A stretch of 63,656 bases of DNA from a virus (lineage: Duplodnaviria > Caudoviricetes): the IMG/VR virus record IMGVR_UViG_3300042992_000919, positions 1 to 63,656 of that record, one strand, 5' to 3'. The position numbers were made by a program, and so were the translations under genes. The notes beneath the pieces are model-generated. The model was not told the DNA's origin. It saw only the letters and a program-made list of their open reading frames with translations, and ran no database searches. This document shows positions 26,967 through 37,351 of the stretch, one piece after another (the first letter of the stretch is position 1; each line of letters starts with the position of its first letter).

Positions 26967-29720
26967 ATGCAAATATATAACGCTCTTCAATTGAAAAATG
27001 GTGCTAAAGTAGAGTACAACAAAATGGGTACTCTAACTCAGCCAATTCAATTTTTACCGAGAGATAAGAAAGATCAGGAATGGGCAGCATGGAACTTAGA
27101 TTGGTTGGAGTTACAAGGACAAAAACAATTGAGAAGAAATGCTAGAAGATTACTTAAGAATTATAAATTAGCAAAAGGTCTAATTGATAAAACAGATTAT
27201 ATTATTGAAGAAGATAATGACTATGCAGATCTAGTAGAAACTTTAACTAAACAAGATGAGTCTGCATTAGAATTAAAGTTTTATCCAATTATTCCAAATG
27301 TAATTAATGTTTTAACTGCTGAATTTTCTAAGAGAGCTACAAAAGTTGCATATAGAGCAGTTGATGAATTATCATATAATGAACTTTTAGAAGAGAAAAG
27401 ATTACAGGTTGAAGAAGTATTGCTAAAAGAAGCAGAACAAAAATTAATGGCTTCTTTAATGGCAATGGGTGCAGATCTAGAAAATGAACAAGTACAACAA
27501 CAATTATCTCCAGATAATTTAAAAAGTCTACCAGAAATTGAACAATTCTTTAAAAAAGATTATCGTTCAATGATTGAACAATGGGCATGGCATCAACATT
27601 TAGTAGATGAGGAAAGATTCAAGATGCAGGAACTTGAAGAGACTGCATTTAGAGATATGCTTATTACAGATAGAGAATTCTGGCATTTTAAAATGATGGA
27701 AGATGACTATGATGTTGAATTATGGAATCCGTTATTAACATTCTATCACAAGTCTCCAGATACAAGATATATCTCACAAGGAAATTGGGTGGGTAAATGC
27801 GAAATGCTAACTGTAGCAGATGTTATTGATAAATATGGATATCTAATGACAGAAGAACAATTGCAGTCATTAGAAGCTGTTTATCCAGTTAGATCTTCTG
27901 CATATCCAATTGAAGGGTATCAAAATGATGGTACATATTATGATCCTACAAGATCACATGCTTGGAACACTAATTCTCCTTCATTACACTATCGTCAATT
28001 TACTTCTATGTATGATAATTACATATCAGATGGTAATGATATTGTAAATATGATTTTATCAGAAGGAGAAGATTTATTTGATTTAGGTAGTTCACATTAT
28101 TTAAGAGCTACAACATGTTACTGGAAATCTCAAAGAAGAGTGGGTCATCTTACAAAAATTGATGAACTTGGGGATGTCATAGAAGAAATTATAGATGAAA
28201 GTTATATAATAACTATTAAGCCAGAATATGATACAATGCTCTATAAGCAAAAGACTAAAGAAAATTTAGTGTATGGTGAGCATATTGAATGGATCTGGAT
28301 TAATGAGGTTTGGGGTGGTGTAAAGATTGGTCCTAATAGACCATCATATTGGGGTATGGAAAATCCAGGTGGTTTAACTCCAATTTATCTTGGTGTAACT
28401 AATAATCAGATTAAAAGATTACCATTCCAATTTAAAGGGGATTCATCTTTATATGGTTGTAAACTTCCAGTGGAAGGATCTGTATTTTCAGATAGAAATA
28501 CAAAATCCACTTCATTGGTGGATTTAATGAAACCATTCCAAATTGCATATAACATTGTAAATAATCAAATTGCTGATATTCTTGTAGATGAACTTGGTAC
28601 AGTAATTTTATTAGATCAAAATGCTATTCCAAGACATTCTCTTGGAGAAGATTGGGGTAAACATAATCTTGCAAAAGCTTATGTAGCAATGAAAACATTC
28701 CAAATGCTACCATTGGATTCATCTATTACAAATACTGAGAATCCATTAGCATTTCAACATTATCAAGTATTGAGTTTAGAGCAAACACAAAGATTGCTTT
28801 CTCGTATTCAACTTGCAAGTTATTTTAAGAACCAAGCTTTTGAAACTATTGGTATTACACCTCAACGTTTAGGTTCTGCAGTAGAGCAACCAACTGCTGA
28901 AGGTATCAGAGTGGCATTAAGTAATTCATATGCTCAAACAGAAGTATACTTTACACAACACTGTGATAATTTAATGCCAAGAGTACATACAATGCGTACA
29001 GATTTGGCTCAATACTATCATTCTAAAAAACCATCTATTAGATTACAATATTTAACATCTAATGATGAAAAGGTTGCTTTTAATATTAATGGTACAGATC
29101 TCTTACTAAGAGATATTAATATTTTCTGTACAACAAAAGCAAATCATAGAAATACTATTGAACAACTAAAACAACTAGCATTAAATAATAATACTTCTGG
29201 TGCATCTATCTATGATCTAGCAAATATTATTAAATCTCAATCAATTCCTGAGATTGAACATGTTCTTAAATCTGCTGAACAAAAACAACAAGCAGTTAAA
29301 CAACAAGAACAACAATCACAACAAGAATTACTTGATAAACAATTGCAAGCTCAAGCTCAAGAAAAACAAGCTCAAAGAGACTTTGATGCTGGAGAAAAAC
29401 AAAAGGATAGAGAAACAAATATCATTGAAGCTCAAATTAGGGCTGCGGGATATGGAGCTATGCAAGATCAGAATCAAAATCAACAGAGTGATTATATTGA
29501 TGCTTTAAGAGAAATAAGAGCTTCAGATGAATATCGTGCTAAAATGTCTATGCAAGAAGAAGCAATGTTGAATAAAAATAATACCGATAGAGAAAAAGCA
29601 AACATTAAGCGTGAAGAACTCGGTGTTAAAAGAGATATTGCTGATAAACAATTACAAATAGCAAGAGAGAATAAGAATAAGTACGATGATAAAAAATCTA
29701 CTAGCAAAAAGAAAGATTGA
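26967..29720 (+). CDS. Portal protein (crAss-like)
   Basis: 917 aa, YPIIPNVINVL and GITPQRLG, Q-rich coiled-coil C-terminus; lies between terminase and capsid genes. Confidence 0.88.
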   Translation: MQIYNALQLKNGAKVEYNKMGTLTQPIQFLPRDKKDQEWAAWNLDWLELQGQKQLRRNARRLLKNYKLAKGLIDKTDYIIEEDNDYADLVETLTKQDESALELKFYPIIPNVINVLTAEFSKRATKVAYRAVDELSYNELLEEKRLQVEEVLLKEAEQKLMASLMAMGADLENEQVQQQLSPDNLKSLPEIEQFFKKDYRSMIEQWAWHQHLVDEERFKMQELEETAFRDMLITDREFWHFKMMEDDYDVELWNPLLTFYHKSPDTRYISQGNWVGKCEMLTVADVIDKYGYLMTEEQLQSLEAVYPVRSSAYPIEGYQNDGTYYDPTRSHAWNTNSPSLHYRQFTSMYDNYISDGNDIVNMILSEGEDLFDLGSSHYLRATTCYWKSQRRVGHLTKIDELGDVIEEIIDESYIITIKPEYDTMLYKQKTKENLVYGEHIEWIWINEVWGGVKIGPNRPSYWGMENPGGLTPIYLGVTNNQIKRLPFQFKGDSSLYGCKLPVEGSVFSDRNTKSTSLVDLMKPFQIAYNIVNNQIADILVDELGTVILLDQNAIPRHSLGEDWGKHNLAKAYVAMKTFQMLPLDSSITNTENPLAFQHYQVLSLEQTQRLLSRIQLASYFKNQAFETIGITPQRLGSAVEQPTAEGIRVALSNSYAQTEVYFTQHCDNLMPRVHTMRTDLAQYYHSKKPSIRLQYLTSNDEKVAFNINGTDLLLRDINIFCTTKANHRNTIEQLKQLALNNNTSGASIYDLANIIKSQSIPEIEHVLKSAEQKQQAVKQQEQQSQQELLDKQLQAQAQEKQAQRDFDAGEKQKDRETNIIEAQIRAAGYGAMQDQNQNQQSDYIDALREIRASDEYRAKMSMQEEAMLNKNNTDREKANIKREELGVKRDIADKQLQIARENKNKYDDKKSTSKKKD

Positions 29721-29928
29721 CAAAAAAAAGTCAAATAATAATTGGATCACAATAATACTAGTGGATGATTCAATTAATGAATTTTGCTTAGAAGATATAC
29801 CGAATGATAGTACTGAAATGAATTTCTTACAACTAAAAGAATATTTAGAAAAAAATAGATATAGTTTAAGAAAATCAAAAGGAAAAAATATAGCGATATA
29901 TTTAGCTTTTAAAGAAAAAAATATGTGA
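29686..29928 (+). CDS. Possible hypothetical protein
   Basis: ORF filling the gap; start uncertain. Confidence 0.35.
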   Translation: MIKNLLAKRKIDKKKSNNNWITIILVDDSINEFCLEDIPNDSTEMNFLQLKEYLEKNRYSLRKSKGKNIAIYLAFKEKNM

Positions 29929-29988
29929 GTTTACAACTATTGTAGATTTACTTTTTTTATATTATATTATTATTAAAACCAAATTAAT

Positions 29989-31209
29989 ATGTCACAAGAA
30001 AGCACAATGCAAACAGAAGTTAAAGAAGTGGATGTAAATTTAGATGATATCTTTGGATCTGCTCCTGGAGCTGAAAGTATTTTACTTCCAGAAACAGAAG
30101 CAAAACCAAGTATCTTTTCTTCTCCAAAAACTGATTTAACATTTCTAGAACCTCAATCTAAAACTCAAAAGAAAGAGGAAAAAAACGAAGAATCAACAAT
30201 TACTACTGAACAAGAAGTGACTGAACTTTTAGAGTCCACTTTAAATCAGTTGGAAAATGAAACTGGAAAAGGTAGACCAAAAGTTGATAAGAGTGGTTTG
30301 GTGGAGACATTCACTAAACTTATTGATGATGGTTTAATTATGCCATTTGATGATGATAAGGATCTATCTGATTATTCTGTAAAAGATTGGAAAGAACTTA
30401 TTGAAGCTAATTTCAGCGAAAGAGAAAAAAAGATTAAAGAAGAAACTCCAAGAGAATTTTTTCAAGCTTTACCTCAAGAATTACAGATTGCTGCAAAATA
30501 TGTATCAGATGGAGGACAAGATCTAAAAGGTTTATTTAAAGCATTAGCACAAGTAGAAGAAGTGAGAGAACTTGATGTTGATGATGAACATGATCAAGAA
30601 ACTATTGTACGTCAATATTTACGTGCCACACAATTTGGTAGTGAAGATGAAATTGATGAAGAAATTGATAGTTGGAAGGATATGGATAAACTTGGTGAAA
30701 AAGCGGGTAAATTCAAACCAAAGTTGGATAAAATGCAAGAGCAAATTATTGCTCAACAACTTGCAGAACAAGAATATAGAAAGGAACAACAAAGAGTGGC
30801 TGCAGAAACATATATGGAAAATGTATATGAAACTCTTAAACCAGGTGAACTTAATGGAATTAAGATTGATAAAAAAACTCAATCTCAACTTTATTCTGGT
30901 TTAGTGCAGCCTAGCTATCCTTCTATTTCTGGTAAACCAACAAATCTATTAGGACATCTTCTTGAGAAATATCAGTTTATTGAACCTAAGCATGATCTTA
31001 TTGCAGAAGTTCTTTGGTTATTATCTGATCCAGATAATTACAAAAATGAGATTAGAAAACATGCCAAAACTGAAGCTACACAAGAAACTGTTCGTAATTT
31101 AAAAACAGAACAAGCTAAGAGTAAATCTTCATTCTCTTCTGTAGAAGATAAAGAAGATAGAAAAGCTCCTAAGATTTCACGTAACAATAATTTTTTCAAA
31201 AGATTTTAA
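29989..31209 (+). CDS. Acidic scaffold-like protein upstream of the MCP
   Basis: 406 aa, E/D/K-rich and helical; conserved position in the crAss-like capsid module. Confidence 0.7.
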   Translation: MSQESTMQTEVKEVDVNLDDIFGSAPGAESILLPETEAKPSIFSSPKTDLTFLEPQSKTQKKEEKNEESTITTEQEVTELLESTLNQLENETGKGRPKVDKSGLVETFTKLIDDGLIMPFDDDKDLSDYSVKDWKELIEANFSEREKKIKEETPREFFQALPQELQIAAKYVSDGGQDLKGLFKALAQVEEVRELDVDDEHDQETIVRQYLRATQFGSEDEIDEEIDSWKDMDKLGEKAGKFKPKLDKMQEQIIAQQLAEQEYRKEQQRVAAETYMENVYETLKPGELNGIKIDKKTQSQLYSGLVQPSYPSISGKPTNLLGHLLEKYQFIEPKHDLIAEVLWLLSDPDNYKNEIRKHAKTEATQETVRNLKTEQAKSKSSFSSVEDKEDRKAPKISRNNNFFKRF

Positions 31210-31259
31210 TATAAATAAACAATCAATTAATAACTATAAACAATTAAATTAAATTCAAA

Positions 31260-32876
31260 ATGGCAACTCCAGTTTTAAACAATGGTATTTTTCTACGTGA
31301 TACCAGCTACCAAGCTAGCTCACACGTAGATTCTTATCACCTGGTAAACATGATGAAAAGTGCAGAACCTATGGATATGGGTCCAGTTGATATCTGGGCA
31401 ATGTCTCAAAAGGTTGAAATGCCACTTTATCAAATGTCTTCTTTCGGTGGTAAGAATGTAATTATGGTTGACAATGCTCGTGGGGAGTGGAAATGGCAAA
31501 CACCAATTGCTCAGGACCTTCCTTATATCGTTGAAGACATTGACTCTGGCACTGATAACAAAGGTGTAGATGGACGTAGTTTTCAAATCAAATTGAACAA
31601 GCGTGTATTTGGTCATGGTGATATTATCACTTATGATAAATACAATGGTGCTGAGATGTACATTACTGCAGAAGATATTCTTCCTACAGGTGATGGTTTC
31701 ATTTACACTGTTCAACTTGTGAACAATGACAATACTAAATTCTTGGATAACGCATATCTTGCTTCAGGAACAAAAGTATTTCGTAAAGGTTCTGCAAGAG
31801 GTGAATATGGTGAACGTTTCTCAGATCTTTCTACTAGTTCAGGATTCCGTGAATTCTATAACTATGTAGGTGGTGCAGAAGCTCACGTACACTATTCAAT
31901 TTCATCTAGAGCAGATTTGATGATCAAAGGTGGTTTGAATGCTGATGGTACTGTACCTGTAACAGAAATCTGGAGAAACTTTGATAACAATGTTGATCCT
32001 TCTGTAACTTCATTGGAATCAATGGTATCTAGAATGGGTAAAGATTATGCAAAAAGAGCTATGGAAAATGGTTCTCTTAGCCGTACTTTCTTAACTCGTC
32101 TTGAAGCTGCTCACCTTAGCAAAGTTGCTAATGACATTGAAACTTACTTGATGTGGGGTCATGGTGGTAAGATTAAGCAAGATGGTCCAGATGATATGCG
32201 TTTATCTGTAGGTCTTTGGAAACAACTTGATAACTCTTTCAAGCGTATCTACAACAAAGCATCTTTCAATCTTGATGTATTCCGTAATGAGATTTATAAC
32301 TTCTATAACGGTAAAGTTGAATTCAAAGGACCAGATCCTCAGCGTCAACTTATTGTACAAACCGGTATGGGTGGTATGAAGTTGGTTAATGAAGCAATTA
32401 AGAAAGAAGCAATCAATTCTGGTCTAGTTATCCAAGCTTCTGATATTGGAGCTATTACTGGAAAAGGTATGGATCTTAATTTTGGTTTTGCTTACACTTC
32501 TTACGTTATTCCATTCTTAGCTAACGTTAAATTTGTACTTAACCCTGCTTTTGATAATATCCACACTAATGACATTGAAAACCCAATTATTGATGGTTAT
32601 CCTTTGTCTTCATATAACTTCATCGTATTTGATATCACTGATAACACTAATGACAATATCTTCTTGTTGAAGTTGTCTTGGGATAATCAATTGAAGTGGT
32701 GGTATCAGAACGGTACTATGGATTATATGGGTAGATCACAAGGTTTCCAATCTTCTGGTCAATTCAATGGTTACCGTGTAATGATGACACAAACAATGCC
32801 TGCAGTATGGGTAAAAGACCCAACTAAAGTGTTGAAGATTGTTATGAAGAATCCTATTACTGGAGGATCATTCTAA
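31260..32876 (+). CDS. Major capsid protein
   Basis: 538 aa; codon usage typical of high expression (cgt, ttc, aac); strong downstream terminator; crAss-like order portal-scaffold-MCP. Confidence 0.9.
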   Translation: MATPVLNNGIFLRDTSYQASSHVDSYHLVNMMKSAEPMDMGPVDIWAMSQKVEMPLYQMSSFGGKNVIMVDNARGEWKWQTPIAQDLPYIVEDIDSGTDNKGVDGRSFQIKLNKRVFGHGDIITYDKYNGAEMYITAEDILPTGDGFIYTVQLVNNDNTKFLDNAYLASGTKVFRKGSARGEYGERFSDLSTSSGFREFYNYVGGAEAHVHYSISSRADLMIKGGLNADGTVPVTEIWRNFDNNVDPSVTSLESMVSRMGKDYAKRAMENGSLSRTFLTRLEAAHLSKVANDIETYLMWGHGGKIKQDGPDDMRLSVGLWKQLDNSFKRIYNKASFNLDVFRNEIYNFYNGKVEFKGPDPQRQLIVQTGMGGMKLVNEAIKKEAINSGLVIQASDIGAITGKGMDLNFGFAYTSYVIPFLANVKFVLNPAFDNIHTNDIENPIIDGYPLSSYNFIVFDITDNTNDNIFLLKLSWDNQLKWWYQNGTMDYMGRSQGFQSSGQFNGYRVMMTQTMPAVWVKDPTKVLKIVMKNPITGGSF

Positions 32877-32890
32877 TCTAAATGATAATT

Positions 32891-32923
32891 ATCTAGGGGG
32901 TGTAATAGCCCCCTAGATTTTTT
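32891..32923 (+). terminator. Rho-independent terminator
   Basis: ATCTAGGGGGT-GTAATA-GCCCCCTAGAT plus T-run. Confidence 0.9.
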
Positions 32924-32937
32924 ATCTAAATAATTTT

Positions 32938-32945
32938 TACATTTG
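32938..32945 (+). promoter_or_regulatory. Bacteroidota -7 element TACATTTG
   Basis: Between the terminator and the ATG at 32971. Confidence 0.55.
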
Positions 32946-32970
32946 CTAATAAACTAAAACCAAAATTAAA

Positions 32971-33987
32971 ATGAGTGAAATAACAATGATAGAAAAGTAT
33001 CAGACTAGTAAGTCTAATGCTGTATCAATTAAACCATATTTTGATTCAAGCATATCAAATATGGGATTAGAAAAATATGGAATGAATGTTTTTGAAGGCG
33101 TATTCCATGAAGAGCAATTAACCTGTATAGAAGTAAATGGTATTAAGAGATATCTTACAGGATTAAATGAATTTGCTCCAGAAGTTAAGTTACTTCCAGA
33201 AACTGAAAAAGAAGCAAAAATCAAACAAATTAGAGCAGTGGTAGCAGAACTTGAAAGAGAGTTAGCTGCTAATGTTATTGAAATTGATGATAAAGAATTT
33301 TGGAATAAAGTAAAACTTCTTAAACCAGATAATCATCCTTTTTGGGAAAAGATTACTATTAGAGTGGGAAATGAACCCACCTTTTTAGATCCTAAAAAAG
33401 ATCCTTATGATTTAATTAAATTGTATGCAATAGAAGCAGGTGCATTTTCTTTGATTGCTAAAAGTTATGAAGCAGCAAAAAAAATGGCTAAACCACCTAA
33501 GTTCTACTTAGATAGAATTGAATCTACAGTTAGTACAAAAACTGAATATAAAAAGCTACGTAATAAAGCACTTGGAGAACTTCAAAAAATGTTTGATAAA
33601 AACACTAATAAATTGTTCTTAGTTGCTAAAGTAGTGGATATGGATTCAATCCAATATAGAAAGTCTACACCAAATGATATTTTATTTGAAAATATGGATA
33701 GACATATTAATGGTGATGGTTCCGAAGATAATAAAAAAAGATCAGCTGAAAGATTTTTAGAAGTAGCTGCAATGGATATGGAAACTTTAAAACTTAAATC
33801 ACTTGTTAAAGATGCAAACTATCATAAAGTAATTGTTTCAAAATCTGATGGATTTATCTATCATATTGAAAGTAGTACTATGTTAGGACGTAATCAAACA
33901 GATGTTGTAGAGTTTTTAAGAAATCCATTGAATGACCAGATTCTTTTAGACATCACTAAAAAAGTTGAAAAATACTGGAATTCTTAG
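32971..33987 (+). CDS. Conserved crAss-like protein downstream of the MCP
   Basis: 338 aa; gene order. Confidence 0.7.
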   Translation: MSEITMIEKYQTSKSNAVSIKPYFDSSISNMGLEKYGMNVFEGVFHEEQLTCIEVNGIKRYLTGLNEFAPEVKLLPETEKEAKIKQIRAVVAELERELAANVIEIDDKEFWNKVKLLKPDNHPFWEKITIRVGNEPTFLDPKKDPYDLIKLYAIEAGAFSLIAKSYEAAKKMAKPPKFYLDRIESTVSTKTEYKKLRNKALGELQKMFDKNTNKLFLVAKVVDMDSIQYRKSTPNDILFENMDRHINGDGSEDNKKRSAERFLEVAAMDMETLKLKSLVKDANYHKVIVSKSDGFIYHIESSTMLGRNQTDVVEFLRNPLNDQILLDITKKVEKYWNS

Positions 33988-34026
33988 TATATTATATATA
34001 TCTATAAATATATAAAAATACATCTT

Positions 34027-34797
34027 ATGGCAAAATTTAACTACGTCTGGAATTATTTTAATAAATCACTAAAAGATTTTGGTAATACTATATCTCCTTA
34101 TATTACTGGTACAGGATCTGATGGATTAAGAGCTGGTACAAGAGAAGTTACACTAACTGATAATGATGGTACAACAACGTTAGTATTTAGTGCAGGCACA
34201 TCAGCAATAGAAACTACTGGTATTGGATCAGATTTATATATTAGAACAATAGGTGGAGATGATATTAGAATTGAAGCTGGAGATGATATTAGACTAACAG
34301 GTGGTCAAGGTATTTTTAATGATATATCAGAAGGAGGAGATATAAATATTTATGGTGGAGATGGTTCTGATGGTGATACAGAAGATGCAGGTTCTGGTGG
34401 AGATGTTAGGATTGAAGGTGGAGATGGTGGTATTAGTACAGATGGTATTGGAGGATATGGTGGATCAGTAAATATTTATGGTGGTTATAGTCAACAAGCT
34501 AATACTCAAGGAGGAGACATAAATCTACTACCAGGTGGTAGTATAGATAATATAACTGGTTATGTTTATATTGGAGGAACCACTCAATGGTCATTTGATA
34601 CACACAAGGGTATTATTTATTCTCCAATATTAAGATTTATTGAATTACCTTCTCCTGGAGCTGCAATTGGTGTACGATCAATGATTAGTGATTCTACTGT
34701 AGCTATATCTGGAAACTTTGGTACTCCTGTTACTGTAGGTGATGGTAATAAGTTAGTACCTGTATTTTCAGATGGTACAAATTGGATAATCGGATAA
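34027..34797 (+). CDS. Gly-rich fibre/decoration protein
   Basis: Repeated GGDI/VxIxGGxG units; C-terminal VPVFSDGTNWIIG. Confidence 0.65.
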   Translation: MAKFNYVWNYFNKSLKDFGNTISPYITGTGSDGLRAGTREVTLTDNDGTTTLVFSAGTSAIETTGIGSDLYIRTIGGDDIRIEAGDDIRLTGGQGIFNDISEGGDINIYGGDGSDGDTEDAGSGGDVRIEGGDGGISTDGIGGYGGSVNIYGGYSQQANTQGGDINLLPGGSIDNITGYVYIGGTTQWSFDTHKGIIYSPILRFIELPSPGAAIGVRSMISDSTVAISGNFGTPVTVGDGNKLVPVFSDGTNWIIG

Positions 34798-34809
34798 AAT
34801 ATAAAAATA

Positions 34810-34962
34810 ATGGCAACTAAAAAAAGTTCTTGTGCAAAACCTAAAATGAAACAAGGTGGATCTTTTCCTGATCTTAATAAAGATGGTAAAGTAACACAAG
34901 CTGATATCCTTAAGGGACGCGGTGTTTTTAAAAAAGGTGGTTCAACTAAAAAGAAAAAATAA
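34810..34962 (+). CDS. Lys-rich microprotein 1 (50 aa) with an EF-hand-like DLNKDGKVTQAD loop
   Basis: Hand translation MATKKSSCAKPKMKQGGSFPDLNKDGKVTQADILKGRGVFKKGGSTKKKK. Confidence 0.75.
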   Translation: MATKKSSCAKPKMKQGGSFPDLNKDGKVTQADILKGRGVFKKGGSTKKKK

Positions 34963-35126
34963 TGGCTACTAAAAAACATCCTGGCTTTAAAGCTGTACAA
35001 AAGAAAATAGCACAACAACAAGGTGTATCTATGGAATCTGCAGGAGCAATCCTTGCAAGTTCAAGTAGAAATGCATCTGCTGCAGCTAAAAAGAAAAATC
35101 CCCGTCTAAAAAAAGTAAGGGGGTAA
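34962..35126 (+). CDS. Lys/Ala-rich microprotein 2 (54 aa)
   Basis: MATKKHPGFKAVQKKIAQQQGVSMESAGAILASSSRNASAAAKKKNPRLKKVRG; TAATG coupling. Confidence 0.75.
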   Translation: MATKKHPGFKAVQKKIAQQQGVSMESAGAILASSSRNASAAAKKKNPRLKKVRG

Positions 35127-35151
35127 TTACTAACAATTAATTTTTATAACA

Positions 35152-35295
35152 ATGGCAACTAAAGTAAAAATGGCTCCAGCATCAAAAGGAGCTAAAAAAA
35201 TGAAAGAAGAAAAAATGATGATGCCTCCTATGAAAAAAGGTGGTTCAACACCTTCTTACAAAAAAGGTGGTTCAATGGGTAAAAAAATGAAGTAA
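35152..35295 (+). CDS. Lys/Met-rich microprotein 3 (47 aa)
   Basis: MATKVKMAPASKGAKKMKEEKMMMPPMKKGGSTPSYKKGGSMGKKMK. Confidence 0.75.
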   Translation: MATKVKMAPASKGAKKMKEEKMMMPPMKKGGSTPSYKKGGSMGKKMK

Positions 35296-35298
35296 TAG

Positions 35299-36003
35299 AT
35301 GAATACATCAACTATACAGATTAAAGTTAAGCAAAGACTTAACAAGTTAGCTTCTAATGATTATGATAACATTGAATGCTGGCAAATTGTAGAGGCTTTT
35401 AATAAAGCTCAACTACAATGGTGTCGTAGGCAACTTCATGGTTCTAATCTATTAAAAGAAGGTGACGAACAATCTAAACGTAGAGTTGATGATTTACAGA
35501 TTCTATTAACTCAAACTCCAACAAATGTAACAAATAGACAATTGTTTTTTGAAACAACAAATTGGCCTTCTGATTATATGGAGTTTAAAAAAGTGGTGGC
35601 ATTTGCTGATAGTAGTTGTTGCCCAGAACCCAGAAAACTCATGATTTACTTAACTGAAGAAGCAAATGTTGACCTTCATTTAACAGATCAAACTAGAAAA
35701 CCTAGTTTAGAATGGGGAGAAACATTTGCTACTTTAGTAGGTAATACAATTAGAATTTATACAAATAATGAATTTGATATTAATGATTGTTCTATAATGT
35801 ATTATAGAAAACCAGTGAATATTCAAATTCAAGGTTGTATAGATCCTTACACAGGTGTTGTATCTGGAGTAGAAATAAATCCTGAATTTAAAGATGATAT
35901 TGTTGAAGTTTTAATAGATGAAACAGTATCAATTTTAGCAGGAGATATAGAAGCTGTAATACAATATCAAAGAATGAATAATGAAACAGAAAAAAATAAT
36001 TAA
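35299..36003 (+). CDS. Tail ring/adaptor-like structural protein
   Basis: FNKAQ, MYYRKP and EVLIDETV patterns; crAss-like gene order. Confidence 0.65.
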   Translation: MNTSTIQIKVKQRLNKLASNDYDNIECWQIVEAFNKAQLQWCRRQLHGSNLLKEGDEQSKRRVDDLQILLTQTPTNVTNRQLFFETTNWPSDYMEFKKVVAFADSSCCPEPRKLMIYLTEEANVDLHLTDQTRKPSLEWGETFATLVGNTIRIYTNNEFDINDCSIMYYRKPVNIQIQGCIDPYTGVVSGVEINPEFKDDIVEVLIDETVSILAGDIEAVIQYQRMNNETEKNN

Positions 36004-36069
36004 AATTTGGATTTTAAATAAAAATCCCTTATAATATAATATTGTCTAACATTTTAAATTTTTGTAACT

Positions 36070-37266
36070 ATGTCTTATTTTAATCACGCTTTTCAAAAAG
36101 TATTTATTACAGAATCAGCATTGAATTCTGGAAATACTACAAATTTAACACCTGAGAACAATGTCTTTGGTATTTTTAATCCAAAAACATATGCTGCATT
36201 TGATACTGCAGTATCTCCTACTGTTCCCACTAATTTTATGATTGCCACTTCTTCAATTTATGGAGAAGATAAAATTGGTCCTTTTCATGGTGGGTATCAA
36301 GAATCTAACAAATCAAAAATTATTAACCCACGTTACATTAGTAAATTCTGGAAAGTAGAACAGGACGATTCTCAACAAGCACTTACAATTATTGGTAAAA
36401 CTGATGATGCATCAACTGATGCTTGTGCATGTCCAGTATTTTCTTGTGGAAAAACTTATCGTTTAAGAATTGATATTAAGGGTTCTCCTGCACTTCGTTT
36501 TTTAAATCACCAAGTTTACACTACACTTGATGCAAATACAGGATGTTGTGCTGACCCAGCTCTACCTGATAATGTTGATCCAGTAACTGTATTTATTCAA
36601 TGGGCTAAACAAATTATTGAGCATCCTTATCTTTCTCAATTTGTTTCTCCAACAGTTATCTATAGTTTAGATGGTGGTTCAACTTGGGAAACTCCATTGA
36701 CTACAGTTGCAGCAATGGATGCATATACACCTGTAGCTGCAGGAGATATTGATGATGTATGTGTAGGTGTTGAACTTCTTGGAGCATATCTAGATACAAA
36801 ATTTGGTAATTGTTCTTTCAAACCTACAGATCATTTTGAAAAAGAACCTATTCAAATTTATGCATCATTCGTAGATGATATTAATGATCCTTGTCAGAGT
36901 GAATCATTGTGTGTAACACAAGCAGTATTGGGAAGACAAGGTTGGGGATATGGTGAAACTATTATTCGTGAATTGATTCTTTCTGAATCTTATTCTCAAA
37001 ACTATTTTAATTGTGATCCACGTATCCGTGAAATTACTCAAGGTGATGCAATTTTTGATGTAGTTAATCGTAATGATAAATATGATGTATATTATTTACA
37101 ACATAGTGTACCACGTTTCAATAATCCAACTGGAACATTTGATAATGATCAATATTTATTGAAAATTGTAGTTCCTGATGGTGCAACATATCTTAATAAT
37201 TTTGTTACCTGGGTTGAAGATAACTGCGCATTAGCAGGTAATCCAGTAACTCTTGAAAATTTCTAA
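36070..37266 (+). CDS. Abundant structural protein (auxiliary capsid protein-like)
   Basis: 398 aa with its own terminator; position matches the auxiliary capsid gene of crAss-like phages. Confidence 0.6.
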   Translation: MSYFNHAFQKVFITESALNSGNTTNLTPENNVFGIFNPKTYAAFDTAVSPTVPTNFMIATSSIYGEDKIGPFHGGYQESNKSKIINPRYISKFWKVEQDDSQQALTIIGKTDDASTDACACPVFSCGKTYRLRIDIKGSPALRFLNHQVYTTLDANTGCCADPALPDNVDPVTVFIQWAKQIIEHPYLSQFVSPTVIYSLDGGSTWETPLTTVAAMDAYTPVAAGDIDDVCVGVELLGAYLDTKFGNCSFKPTDHFEKEPIQIYASFVDDINDPCQSESLCVTQAVLGRQGWGYGETIIRELILSESYSQNYFNCDPRIREITQGDAIFDVVNRNDKYDVYYLQHSVPRFNNPTGTFDNDQYLLKIVVPDGATYLNNFVTWVEDNCALAGNPVTLENF

Positions 37267-37287
37267 GTGCTACCTTAGACTAACATT

Positions 37288-37324
37288 AAAGGGGAGAGGG
37301 AGTTTTACTCTCCTCCCTTTTTTT
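37288..37324 (+). terminator. Rho-independent terminator
   Basis: GGGGAGAGGGAG-TTTTA-CTCTCCTCCC plus T7. Confidence 0.85.
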
Positions 37325-37351
37325 GTTAAATAAAAATTTGTAAATTATAAT

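Noticed and set aside
24593-32876. Introns or inteins in terminase, portal or MCP
   Set aside because: The ORFs are continuous, of expected size, and show no intein or homing-endonuclease motifs
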